A stretch of DNA of 64,000 bases from Oikopleura dioica (taxonomy: Eukaryota > Animalia > Chordata): contig OU015567.1 in assembly GCA_907165135.1 (NCBI GenBank), positions 8,990,001 through 9,054,000 on the forward strand, read 5' to 3'. A model generated the notes under the pieces. The model was not told the origin of the DNA, did not search any database, and worked only from the letters and a program-made list of their open reading frames with translations. The position numbers were made by a program, and so were the translations under genes. Positions 28,572 to 40,200 of this stretch are shown piece by piece. Every line of letters begins with the position of its first letter. Positions within the stretch are counted from its first letter, which is position 1.

Positions 28572-28842
28572 TTTCCTTCAAAATTTTTCTCTCTTTTGCC
28601 TTTTTTAAACTTGGACCGTGATAGGTCAACTGATAATCCGCGCGTCAATTGCGATAAATGCACTTTTGACACTGATAGTACTTTCAGTGATGTCTTTCAC
28701 AAAAGATGATGGACAGAGAGCATGAATAAAATCCGTATTATCTCGCCCTAGAGAATCCATAGTTTGGACATAATTTATTGAAAAGGTAGCAAATAGTTAT
28801 AGATAAATATGTTGGTTTCACTTTCAGTCAGTTTGAATAAAT

Positions 28843-31800
28843 TTATACATCGTTTATGAGATAGGAACTGCGAGAACTCTGGGTTTCTTGAAATGAATTC
28901 TTTTTGGAAATTGAATCTTGCCTGGAACAGCATTGACGACTTTGTTTTCTGACGGCCAAACAACCACACATCGAAAGGGCGAGTACAATGATTCCTAAAC
29001 TTGAGTATACATACGCTCCATTTTGGAAAAGAGTGACTTTCAAGGTTGAATTTCAACAGTTGAATAACGTAGGCTTTTGGACTGAATTTTTCAACCTTTC
29101 CTAAAGGAAGCTCGGAAGTGCCTGCTTCTCCTTGCTCGGTATCGTAGACTATCTCTTGGTAAAAGTCGACGCCAATGCTAAAATAAAGCTAAAAACTGTA
29201 TTTATGAGGGGCTCAGAACTTGTCTTGATTCAACTGTAAATTCAAGTAGCTGTCTTACATTTTTGACGTTGTCGAGTGCATCGCGTCACTGCTCATAGCT
29301 GCTGGTACTGAAGAGAAGTCCATCGAAACGGGAGATTGTGTTAGAGCTGCCACATTCTTTGGCGTCACTGGTTCTTCACGGGAATTATGTTTATTTTTAA
29401 TGCTGTTTTTTCTAGAAAACTTTTTGTCAGGATGAGGTTTTCTTGTTCGATGCTTGCGACGATGTCGAGTGGAACTTGTTGTTGAAATTGAAGAAATTGT
29501 CTGATCATCAGTTTTGGAATGGTCGTTGTAGCAGCCAAGGGAGTATTTACAGGGGATTTGGGCATTTTTGCTGATTCAGACTTGAAGATAGAGGTAGTTG
29601 ATACTGGGATTGATGGAGTACTCTCGATTTTATCTATTTTTGAAATGGAAGTTGACCTCTCCGTTGTTGAATCCGTCGTTGTTGACGTTGTTGAAGTCGA
29701 AGTTGTCGTTTTGATCGTTTTTGTTGACGTCGATGTTGACGTTGTCGTTGTCGCTTTTTCTGTTTCTCTAGCTTTGAACGTTGTCGACGTTGTCGTTGCA
29801 GTCGTTGCTTTAATGGTTCTTGGTCTTGTTGTTTCTTGAGTCGTTGTTGTTGTCTTCGAAGTCGCTGACGTCTTTGTCGTCGAAGTTGTATTCGATTTTT
29901 TCGTTGTTGTCGACGGCTCTGTCTTCGTCGTCGTCGTAGTAGAAGTTGATGCTGTCGATGATGGGCTTGTTGTTGTTGTTGATTCGATCGTCGTTGAAGT
30001 TCTCGCTTCTTTTGGTGACTCTGCTGTTGATGTCCTGTGAGGTGTTCCAGTTGTCCAAGTAGATGTTGAAATGTGTGACGACGTCGTCTTGGGCTCTGGA
30101 CTGGTTGTTGTGGTTGTGGTTGAAGTTGTTGTTGTTGTAGCTGTGCTGTTGAGAGTTGCTGAAATCGATCTATGAGTATTTGGTGCTGCTGAAAAAGGTT
30201 TAGCCGTACTTAGTGATGAAATGGTCTCTGCCGCCGAGTAGACCCATTCGATTGGTGGTTCGACTACTTCAGTGTTGCTACTGCTTCCATAACTTGAATG
30301 AGCTATAATAGGAACTCTGTCCTTTTCTTGCATTATCGATATTTCGAAGGGAATTTCTTTGACTTTGGTGTCTTTCCCTAACTCATCCAAATACGAGTCT
30401 GTTTCTGAAAATATTATCGGGGCTTCTTCGAAACTTGTTTCCGCTTCTTTTTCTTGCCAATAATCGCTGTCATCATCGACATAGAAATCCGAGTAAGAGA
30501 AGTAATCACCAGATTTTTCGTTGAAAAGAGCACTGTCAGGATCGACAATAGGTGGAATCTCAAAGAATCCGGCTCCATCAATAACTTGAGTGTAGTCATT
30601 TTCATTGTCAAAGTTTGGGAGTAGTATTTCACCCATGTTTGCCGACTGGTCCCGTTTCCCTGACAAATTAATACTCTGAGAGTCGCTCGGTAAATCTTCA
30701 ATCAATGCTGGCGTGTGAGAGCTATCAGACGTCAAGAAGTGAGCGTTGATGTTTTCATTCCCATTCATGTTGTCAACCAACATTGTAATATTTGTTTCGG
30801 GCTCAAAAGGCCCTTCTATCGCTTCTGATAAATCGGAGTTACTGGCAGAGATAAACTCGCTGGGCAAATGAAAGTTGCTTTTATCGGCATCGACTTCTGT
30901 AAATTCTTCTTTTGGCGAGGAATTTGTTTTATTTAAAATTTCATGCACTTCTTCTGCCGCTGCGCTCAGCTTTTCCCATTTGACATTTTGAATTTCTGGG
31001 GACACTAAATCAGTGTCGATGCTTTTTGACGCTTCCGGTAACGATTGGGCTGGTTTTGTGGTCGATTCTGTAGCCAAGTTGACAGTTTGAAAGGTCACCT
31101 CGGATGTCGAAGGAATTTCAACAACTTTGCTAACGTCGCCTACAGACTCTTGGTTTTCTTCTTCTTGTCTATCGAGAGACACAGAGTCAAGGTGCTTCCG
31201 CGATGTGACAAAAGCTGCTCCTGTATCAGTAACGCTTTCAGGGAGAAGAGAGCTTAGAGTTTGTTTTGTGATGCTGGAAGTCGAGACAGATGGAATTAGA
31301 GTCTTTTCTTCCGGAAGTGTTTTGTTTAAAATTGACGGAAGTTTCGTGGGCTCTGCGCCAACTTTTGGGGGCTCCGTTGGTGCAGAAGAATTTTGAGAAA
31401 CATCTGAAGAAGCGGTAATCTTGATCGGAAACGATTCCAGCTCCATGTGTTTCTGAATCCACGGGAGAATCGAGTGAACTTTTTGGAAAACCAGTGGATT
31501 GTATTTCTTTTATTTGGGTTATGCCTCACAGATGATTTCAAAAAAAATTTCGCGGGCCCGAAAATCGTCAAAAAACCTCTTGGCTAGTTTTGTAGAGCTC
31601 GTCGAGACGAGTCGAATGATATATCAAAGTCCTGAAAATTCTAAGATTTTCCGCCAAAACAAGTGATAAGAAGGTGGCCTATCAAAAATTTTCTGACCAG
31701 CGCCGTTTTTGTTCTAGAATAGCTGCGGTAACGTTTGACCCCGGAAAATGTTCCTCATGATCTGTTTTACTACAGCAAAAAATTTCAGCCAGTCATCATC

Positions 31801-34054
31801 TACCCAGCCGAGTTTATCAGTATATTTCATTTTCGAATGGAAATGGGACTGAAAATGGGCCAGAAATTAGGAACGAGCAGCGACAACAAAATGCACTAAA
31901 TTTTTAATTTTTCGTACGGCAGGATATGTGATTACGAGCTGAAATTTTTTGCTGTAATAGAACAGATCATGAGGATCATTTTCCGGGGTCAGACATCACC
32001 TCAACTTTTCTAGAACAAAAACGGCGCTGGTCAGAAATTTTTTGATAAGCCACCTTCTTATCACTTTTTTGGCGGAAAATCTTAGAATTTTCAGGATTTT
32101 GATATATCATTCGACTCGTCTCGACGAGCTCTACAAAACTAGTCAAGACGTTTTTTGACGATTTCCGGGCCCGCGAAATTTTTTTTGAAATCATCACAGT
32201 TTTTAAAGGAATTTCGCTATCGGTATTAAAAAATAAATACGAGCTCGAAAGTTAGCTGGACAAATTAATGTCCAAACTTCGAAGGAATTTCTCACTTCCT
32301 GACGAATAAATATTGAAAATGAGATTTAAAATGTCAAAGGTCGTCCGGCTGTTCTAACTCAGGAACCGAAATGAAAGGTACTGCGGTCAGTGACTGGCAA
32401 TAGGAAGCTCTTATAACCAATTCCTTTTTGTATCTGCCGCACCGTCCTCCCCAGGACAAAATTCCAACTATCGTTGCGTAACCATCGCTGTTGACAACCA
32501 GCGGCGAGCCAGAAAATCCATCGCAAAAGGTGATCCGGTCTACTTGCAAATTTCCCTTTTCGTTGATCGTTTTCAAATTGCCAATGCAGAAATGTCCGCT
32601 GTGAAGTTTCTTTTTCTACGAAATGGCACTTGAGATTTTGTTCCGAGCGAAGTGCGCTCACCTGCATGTTTTCGTGGAGCAAGCACATTTCTTCCGTCAA
32701 AATAGAACCCGAGTAGTGGTCCAGTGTCTTGCTCAGCATCCAGGTCTTTCTTCCAAAGCCGGATGAAATGGCAGTGTAGTTGGTGAAGCTTTCAACTGGA
32801 AAATTGGGCAGGCAAACCGGCTCAACGCAACCACTAAAGAAGAAATCAATGTCGAATAGATGGAAGAAAACCACAAAGTGCTCCTATCAAAATGACACAA
32901 AATTGGCACCGTCTTCGTTTGCCACAGTTTTATAGAGTTTGTTCTCTCATCTCATGAACTGTGGTTCAAATTTTGAGTAAATTCGAAATCTCTAAGCAAT
33001 TCGAAATTTCATGTGCCAATAAAACTCTGGCTTTTATGGGAGCGGGTATAAATCCAAAAGGAAACAACTGTCACTGACGTACCTTCTGGAGCAATTTTCT
33101 GGCATGACGTCGTAAATCGAATCGTTCAGAAAAACCAGGCAGGCGTCGAATTGTGTCGGCAAAACTCGATATTCTGGATGAAGGATGACCTTTCTAGCGG
33201 TGACATTGAAGCGCAAACTGAAAATACAAATTGTAACATTATGTTTCTTCTATTTGATCAGACAGGGGCGTTTACAAGAGCAGTTACGCTGGAATAATGA
33301 TAAAGTATCAATAACTGACTATAGTAAAATTGTTAACAACGTCCTTGATGAAGCCATTTAGTATTAACGATGGGCAAACATTGGCTAGTCGCTTCTGTGC
33401 GCTCTTCTGATTGTTTAACCGCATAATGCGAACATATGGAATGCAAGGAAAATCAAGCTTGGCGATCTTTACCTGTCAAAATACGGATCTCCTCGACGCC
33501 AAAATTCCCCGAAATACACAGTCGGATTGTCTTTGATCTCGTGACAGCAATGGCCAGCTGAACATGTAGCATTAGCAAATTTAGAAGCAGTGATTTACGG
33601 AGCAAGGGCCGGAGCAATTCGAACTCATTTAAATATTTTTTGATAGTTTTATAATACGCTCAGCTGAGCTCGATTTCGCAAGAGTTTTCAATTTCTACAG
33701 TATTTACCCGTTAAAATTGTCCGTTCTTGAATAATGGATCCCGAGCATTGTTGCCTGTTGAACTTGAGTTTGACGGAGTAGCTGTTGAATCCTGGCGGCA
33801 AATATTCACGATCCTGGAAAGAAATGTTATGACGGGCGAATGTCACTTCCATGGGAATCGGCGGCGTTTGGTCTTTATGGTCAAGTATGTTTTGCGATTT
33901 CCGGTCAATGCCCTCAGCAATCAAACAGTGAACTAACCTCAAAGTCTTCTGTTTTCTTCGAACCACAGGTTTTCAATGAGCTCAGATCATCGATGAGTAG
34001 CGAGTCAACCCAAATGTTCGGAAAAAGCAGCAGAAAGAAGACTTTCAATTTCAT
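28843..34054 (-). CDS. Trypsin-like serine protease with a ~650-aa Ser/Thr-rich mucin stalk and a C-terminal TM segment
   Basis: Signal peptide MKLKVFFLLLF; catalytic motifs TAGHC, FDACL, GFSGSP. The large Thr-rich exon begins with the protease C-terminal helix (KVHSILPWIQKHM). TM segment YSSLGIIVLALSMCGCLAV. Confidence 0.75.
31531..32195. mobile_element. 665-bp MITE with ~260-bp terminal inverted repeats and a 3-bp TSD (ACA), intronic
   Basis: GATGATTTCAAAAAAAATTTCGCGGGCCCG... at 31531 is mirrored at 32195; ACA at 31528-31530 and 32196-32198; no ORF. Confidence 0.88.
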
Positions 34055-35632
34055 TCCTTCTTTTTCAGCTGCCGAATTTGCCTCTTATTGCTGCTTTTCT
34101 TCATCGAAAAAAGCGTGATCTAAAGCAAAGGATTTCGTTTCTCCTTGTTTTCGCGAAGTTGCTGATAATGAGACTGGCATTTTTTTGCTGTACACTGCCG
34201 TTTTCTCCGCAAAGGTAAATATTTATCCTGCGCTCTGGCCGTACCCTTATTGCGGAAGAGAGCGAGACTTCTAGTGACCATTAATAAGCCTTTTCCTTTT
34301 CATGGGCTGACTATTCCTCTGACAAAATTAACAAATAATGACTGTCAATGGACAATGAAATGAACTTTGACCGAAGCGGAAAATTTGTCAATGGGACTCA
34401 AGGCAACAAAAAGCGCAAAACAAGTATAAAGACGAGTTCTTTTGGCTTGATAGAATCTCCTAATCCTGGATTACAAGTTGAATGCAATCATTAGAATTTC
34501 CAATAAGCAAACATTTGGTTTCAAAATGTCAAGGCTGGACTTTCCTTATTGATCTTTTTGGGGTTATCAGGGTCACTTTTGTTTCATTTAAATTTGTGAA
34601 CTTCAGTGATTAGTGTATTACAAACTCATGAGAAAAAAACCGACAAAACCGACACCGACAGTCTGACCGACAATTTGGCGACAAAACCGATAAATTTTTG
34701 TAGGTGCGCATCCTTGTTGGAATGAAGTTTTAGAATGAAGTTTTTGAGTCGTCATTAATAGTAGAGCATGAACGAATATTTGTAATTTGGGATCAGTAGT
34801 TATCATATTTACAGATATGACTGGTTATTGTTACTGTTTACCAAATCAGTGGCCCATAACAACATGCTTCTGGCGCCTCTCTATTTAGGAAAAAATCCCA
34901 AAGACTAGCTTAAATATTAACAAAAATGCACCAGCCATAAACATAATAAGAAATTACCTGAACAGTAGAGTGTCGATTAAAATCCAAAATTTTATCTCTT
35001 TCGCAACTGGCAGATGAAGAGCTTCTTCTATAAATCTAACCTTATCCTTCTTTTGGGCATTTCTGCTTTCTTTGTTCAGTCATAAACGCTCGACAAACTC
35101 TGAAAAAGCGTAAATTCGCTCAGAAGCTGCTGGGTAGCACCGCGTGTACACAAATCCTTGTTGCCTCCGCGCAGAGAAAAAAAAGAAAGATTCCATCATC
35201 TAAATCTTTACCGGGGAGGTCAATCACCGGGTAGCGGCCAAATTTGGCTTTATTAATCTCCGTGGACGACAATAGGACGCCAGCTCATTTTTCTCCCTGT
35301 TTGCAGTCTGAATCTTTACTGCCAAAGTTGCCCGTTGATGAAATAGATTTTTGTTGATGAAGATACTGTGCCTATTCCAGCTACAGTACGCGACCGTACG
35401 CCGCTTTGACACCTACTATCGAAGCCCTAACAGTCTCAAAAGACAATGAATAAAACCACAAGAATAACCTTCTATTTGTTACAAGACAAATACAGAAGTA
35501 TTGATTGCCATTTCTATTCAGAATACGATATCATTTGAATTGTTTCTTCCAGGCAAACATCCTCCTTGAATTGTCCATTTTCCCGCTTTATATTCTCAAA
35601 CTCCTTGACTCACTCTTACAGTAACTTTACTA

Positions 35633-35931
35633 CAAAGTGGTTCAAATAACTTGCAAAAGGCTCACTTCCTAAGCTAGAAGACCTGCTGAAAGAAGACAAC
35701 AATTTTGTAGTTGCCAGAGCCAAAGAGCACCTGGACTTCAAACATGTTATGAACAGAACTTGAAAAAGAAGCTCACCTGTGGGTTGACTCTCTTGGAATG
35801 AGGTCGTCAACTCCACAGGCAAGATGCACAGCTTGATAAACAAGGGCGCCAAACGCGAGACTTCAACCGAATTCGATCTTCGCTTGATTTCGTCGCTGAA
35901 CTCTCGTGAAGGGTCGAATATGCGGGTCGCG
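35633..35931 (-). repeat. 3' LTR (299 bp)
   Basis: Identical by eye to 46547-46845. Confidence 0.95.
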
Positions 35932-35947
35932 TGGCCCCCCAAGCTTC
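35932..35947 (-). other. Polypurine tract-like G run (GGGGGG) then CCA, next to the 3' LTR
   Basis: Minus strand reads GAAGCTTGGGGGGCCA|CGCGAC (LTR start). Confidence 0.6.
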
Positions 35948-36750
35948 TAGTGATGTCGAGCGTTTCGCTTCTTCTTCTTCGGTTCGACGACTTCTTCCTC
36001 CATGATATCGAGCAGTTCGCTGTCCGGCGTTTCAAACTCATCAGACTCCGAGGAGACAACTTCCTTCACGATCTGGCGTGACCGCTTGTTCGCCTTCGTT
36101 GTAGTCGTTACTCGCAGGGAAGATGTCTTCTTCGCCGACTTCGAAACCGCGTTCCGACGAACTCTCTTCTTCGGTTTTCGCGAAGTTGTACCTGATGATG
36201 TTCCTGGTTCGTTAATGAACTCCAGTTCAGGCAGAGGAAGAAGATCGTCGTCGCTCTCGTTCTTTATTTCAACTCCGAGCTCTACTACTTCCTGCAACGA
36301 TGTTTCGAGCGTTGCATTCAACAGCTGCTGGTCCTGTTCATGAACTTCATCCCCAGGGTATCCGTGGGGAAACCAAATGGCGTCTCCACTCGCCATCACT
36401 TCGCCCTGAACTTGAGCTAGCCTGACGTAGACGTCCATCCGGCCCGACAAGCAGTTCCAGATGCCCAACGGGATCGCCTTCTGAAGTCTGCGACCCTTGG
36501 CACCGTATTCATCGCCGGATTGGATGGTAACAGCTTCCGAGAACTTGGCTTCCATCTCGAAATGACGACGGTGCGCCAGTTCCCCCATCAACGACGGTGA
36601 CGAGAGCTCATCCAAGTCCTTCTCCAATTTTTGAAGAATCTTGATCGCCCGGCGTGTGGATGGTCCAAGTTCCTGCTGTCGTTTCTCGTCAAACTCGTGC
36701 GGTTTGAAAGCAGTCCGCAAAACTGCTCTGCTATCTTCGGTGTTCAACAT
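35947..36750 (-). CDS. Accessory ORF of the retroelement (267 aa, sense), basic/acidic tail with NLS-like motifs; function unknown
   Basis: Uninterrupted ORF just upstream of the PPT; RKPKKRVRR and PKKKKR; no signal peptide or TM, so not env-like. Confidence 0.75.
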   Translation of the reverse strand: MLNTEDSRAVLRTAFKPHEFDEKRQQELGPSTRRAIKILQKLEKDLDELSSPSLMGELAHRRHFEMEAKFSEAVTIQSGDEYGAKGRRLQKAIPLGIWNCLSGRMDVYVRLAQVQGEVMASGDAIWFPHGYPGDEVHEQDQQLLNATLETSLQEVVELGVEIKNESDDDLLPLPELEFINEPGTSSGTTSRKPKKRVRRNAVSKSAKKTSSLRVTTTTKANKRSRQIVKEVVSSESDEFETPDSELLDIMEEEVVEPKKKKRNARHH

Positions 36751-37210
36751 CTCTTGAACTTAGTTCGGCTCTGACTGGCGGATTTTCCACTCATCGACCG
36801 TTTTTAAATGGCGATGTTTTCCAGCTTCAAATCTACCTCGAGCGCCATGTTTTCCAGCTGAACTTGTTTTCCAGTCATCGAGTTCATCCGATTTCTCGGG
36901 CTCGAGCCATTTTCAAAACACGCTCGGCCAATCAGCTCGCTACAAATGGAGGACCGTTTCTCCCATTTCGCTGCACTTGCTTGACCTACAGATCTTTCAT
37001 CTTCATCCTTCTGCCAGAGAAATTTTCCAGAGAAAACGTCTCCTATGAAGATTTCATCAAGTTCAACCTTCTTCGTTCTGCAACTTTGAGATGTGTACCA
37101 GTTCTTGCACTTTCTTCTTTTTATATTTAAATTTTTTTATTTTTCGAGAAAGAGTTCTTTCCTTCAAAAACTTCTTTCTTCAGCATAGATCATCGAAGTC
37201 CGTTGTTGTG

Positions 37211-40200
37211 ATGCCTGTCGTTCGATATGTCTCGACCGGCACTTCTGACGACTCCAGGAGCGACTCTTCGTCTTCCCCGCCGTCTTCAACTCCAACTTCC
37301 CTCGTTCTCCGCGACCACTTCTATCCTGAAATGTCGGGGATTTATCGTCGAGATCCAGGCGTTGGCGGTGATTCGCCTTCCTTCTCCACGATTACCGGTT
37401 TCACCGGCATTTCCAGTTCCACTGGCTTCTCTCGCTTCGTTCCGGATGAGCCCGTGCCCATCTTCTCGCTCGCAGTTCTCCCTGTGGCGCAGCCCAGCCT
37501 CCCTGACTACTCAAAGCGGGTGCCCTGTATCGCCAGTCGCCCGAATGCTGACCTCGGGTACGAGCAAGATGAGCTAAGTCGACTACTCTTCGCACCTGGT
37601 AACCCAGCGTCTGGAACCGAGGATTGGATTACTCCCCCTCAAATTCTTGTTGGTTTCCTCAACGCTCGTCACATGGACTCGTCTCATGATGCCGACTTCT
37701 CTCATCCTCGCGACGTGGAGCAGCTTCATCCATCTACCGGAGAGTTGTGGGCTGTGAAACGAAGACGTCTCGGAGCTCCACCACCTACTCCTCGAGTTCT
37801 TGCTGTAGATTCAGGTCGTCCCGCGAACTCCTGGAGTATCCATCCTTCGTTCAGCGCACGATCAACTGCCCGTGATGAAGCTGATCAAGAAGCTACTTGG
37901 CGCGTTGAGTCTGGAACTGTCGATGCTGCCCTTGCCGTTGCAACTCATCGTTCCGTCGGCACCGGGACTTCTTTGGGCTTTCCGGATCTGCTCGCCCGCG
38001 ATGTTGATTCCCTTCGCAGAGGTACATCGCTTCTGGCTCCGATTGAAACCCCTGTAAAATCGCGAAGTAAGTTCATCAATGTTGAAATCAACTAGTAACT
38101 TCGGTCATTTAGATTTGGCGTCTGCTAGTGAAGTTTCTCGTTTTTGCGAGACTTATCGTCATGACCGTGTTTATCGTCAGCTCGGGTTGGAGCGGTATCT
38201 TCCGGTTCTCGGCCACAATCAGCCTATCGACGATACCTGCCACGCGCTGTTTCGCCCAACCCCTGACTCTCGGTTCACCGTACCACTTCTGCCGAAGTCA
38301 TCATCGCTTGGTCTTCCCGGTCCCGACTACTATCCTTGCGAGTGGCCTGATCGCTTCTGCTCTGACCCTGACTACGCTGGATACGACATCGAGGAAGACA
38401 TACAAGCTGCTCGCGACGCGTTTGCTGCTGCCGGAGGCCAGATGCATGTGCTGGAGCATACTCGAGTTCGTCACAACGTGGAGTTGTTTGATCACTCTCG
38501 CGTCTACCGAACTGTAGTCGTAGTTCCTCCAGGTACGATGTGAACCGTTCAACTAGTATTCAACAAGTTCTAGATAATGATGTCCGAACGCAGGGCAATC
38601 TTCTTCCTGATCCGCTCGAAGTTGGCTTGTTCGATCAGCTGACCAAAGGTGGCTACGCTGATGCTTCTGTTCTTGATCGTATCGACTTCGGCAAGTCGCT
38701 CTGTACTCTAGGATCTCCAACCGTTCTTGATACTGCTACCGGAACTGGTTTCTTGGTGAGTCATCGTTTTCGCGCAGATTTTTGACTTCTTCTTTTCAGT
38801 CCGAGCTGTTGGATGATCCACGTTACTGGGATCCAGAGCGCGGTGTGACCCGTCTTGCCGATTTGTTGTCGCCGATTTTACGATCACGGGACTGGTTCGA
38901 CCCTTCTTCTCCTCTTTGGCGCCCCGATATCCAGCAGATTCATCATCGGAACGACTGCTTGCACTGGGGTTATCCGCTCACTGAGGGTCTCGGTGAGAAT
39001 CCCTTCGGATACGAAGGTTTCACGTTAGTGCTTATTAACTTCTGCACTTTCTAATAATTTTATTTTTCAGGTTGGCTGACACGATCTTCGCTGCTTGTCG
39101 TCTTGAGCATCTTTATCCGAAGGAGACTGATCGTCGGGTCATCTGCTTGATTCTTGGCTTGGATGTGAACTCGATTCGTCCACTGTTCCTCATCTCGCCA
39201 TTTGAGATGTATCAGCTTCAGCTCGCCAACATGATCCGCCCTTACACGCTGGTCAATCGAGATGACGGTGACGTACCACGTGATCCTGAGTGTCCTCTTG
39301 GACGAGAACGACTCCGGCTTCTCGATGTTGGTCATTGGTCGACCCAGGCGGCTGATGTCGACGCACATGGCTTAGGAGTCCTCGAAGTTGCCTTGATTGG
39401 ACTCTCCGTTCTTGCAGCTGAGTTCTCCCTGACGCCAATCTGCTCTCTCGATGGTGAACCGGCCTTCTATTTTGATCATAGGGCGCGGTTTCATGATGGA
39501 TTGATCCTCAGCGGTGGCAACGGTGGTCTCAAGCGAGGTGCTTCATTTCTCGCAGCTCTACTTTGTGGCTGTCGCCCGTCCACCGATGCTGATCCGTCAA
39601 CGATTCGTGATGGTGCTTCCGGTTCTGGAACAAGCAAGGAAGTGTCGGCTCCGAAGTGCTACTACGATGCAACTACTGGACGCCGATTCCCGCCCGTTCC
39701 GTCGTTGACTGGACTTCGTCCTGGCGAGTCCGTTGTGGCCCCGTACCAGTCCAAGTTCGTGCGATCCACCGCTTTCTCCGACGAAGCCGAACCTATTCGT
39801 CATGTTGGCATGACTGGCTACTCCTTGAAACGACTTGACGGTGGTGAGTCTTCCAGTCGAATTCTTCTTGGAGTTCCTCGACTCACTTATGTTCGTGAGT
39901 TTGAAGGTGAGTCGACCCTCTCTGTACTTCATTTCGTGACTTGTGATCTATTTAGCAACCGGAGCCGCTGTGTACGCCACTGTGAAGCATTTGCAGCAGA
40001 AGGGATCGTACTCGATGGGTGAAAGAACTTCCAACCGCTTCCCATATCGTAAGTCGATGAAGACTAGTGGGATGAAACCCATTGAATCTTGAATTCAGAG
40101 CTTCTTCCTGCTAGTTTCCAGGAGTGGTACGCGGCTGGAGCTCATTGTAAGTACTATGGAGGTACAACTCGCGACGTTGTCGACACGATTCTCGGTATGT

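Noticed and set aside
29519-29839. Val-rich plus-strand ORFs (also 51090-51590)
   Set aside because: Antisense shadows of Thr-codon tracts in the mucin stalks.
34900-35632. Possible degenerate coding sequence at the retroelement target site (continuing at 46846-47030)
   Set aside because: Short coding-like stretches with several stops and no recognisable homology; cannot be supported.
35616-36081. ORFs overlapping the LTRs (35616-36059, 35824-36081, 46440-46766, 46738-47025)
   Set aside because: They arise from the repeated LTR sequence and run into unrelated flanks; no coding signal.
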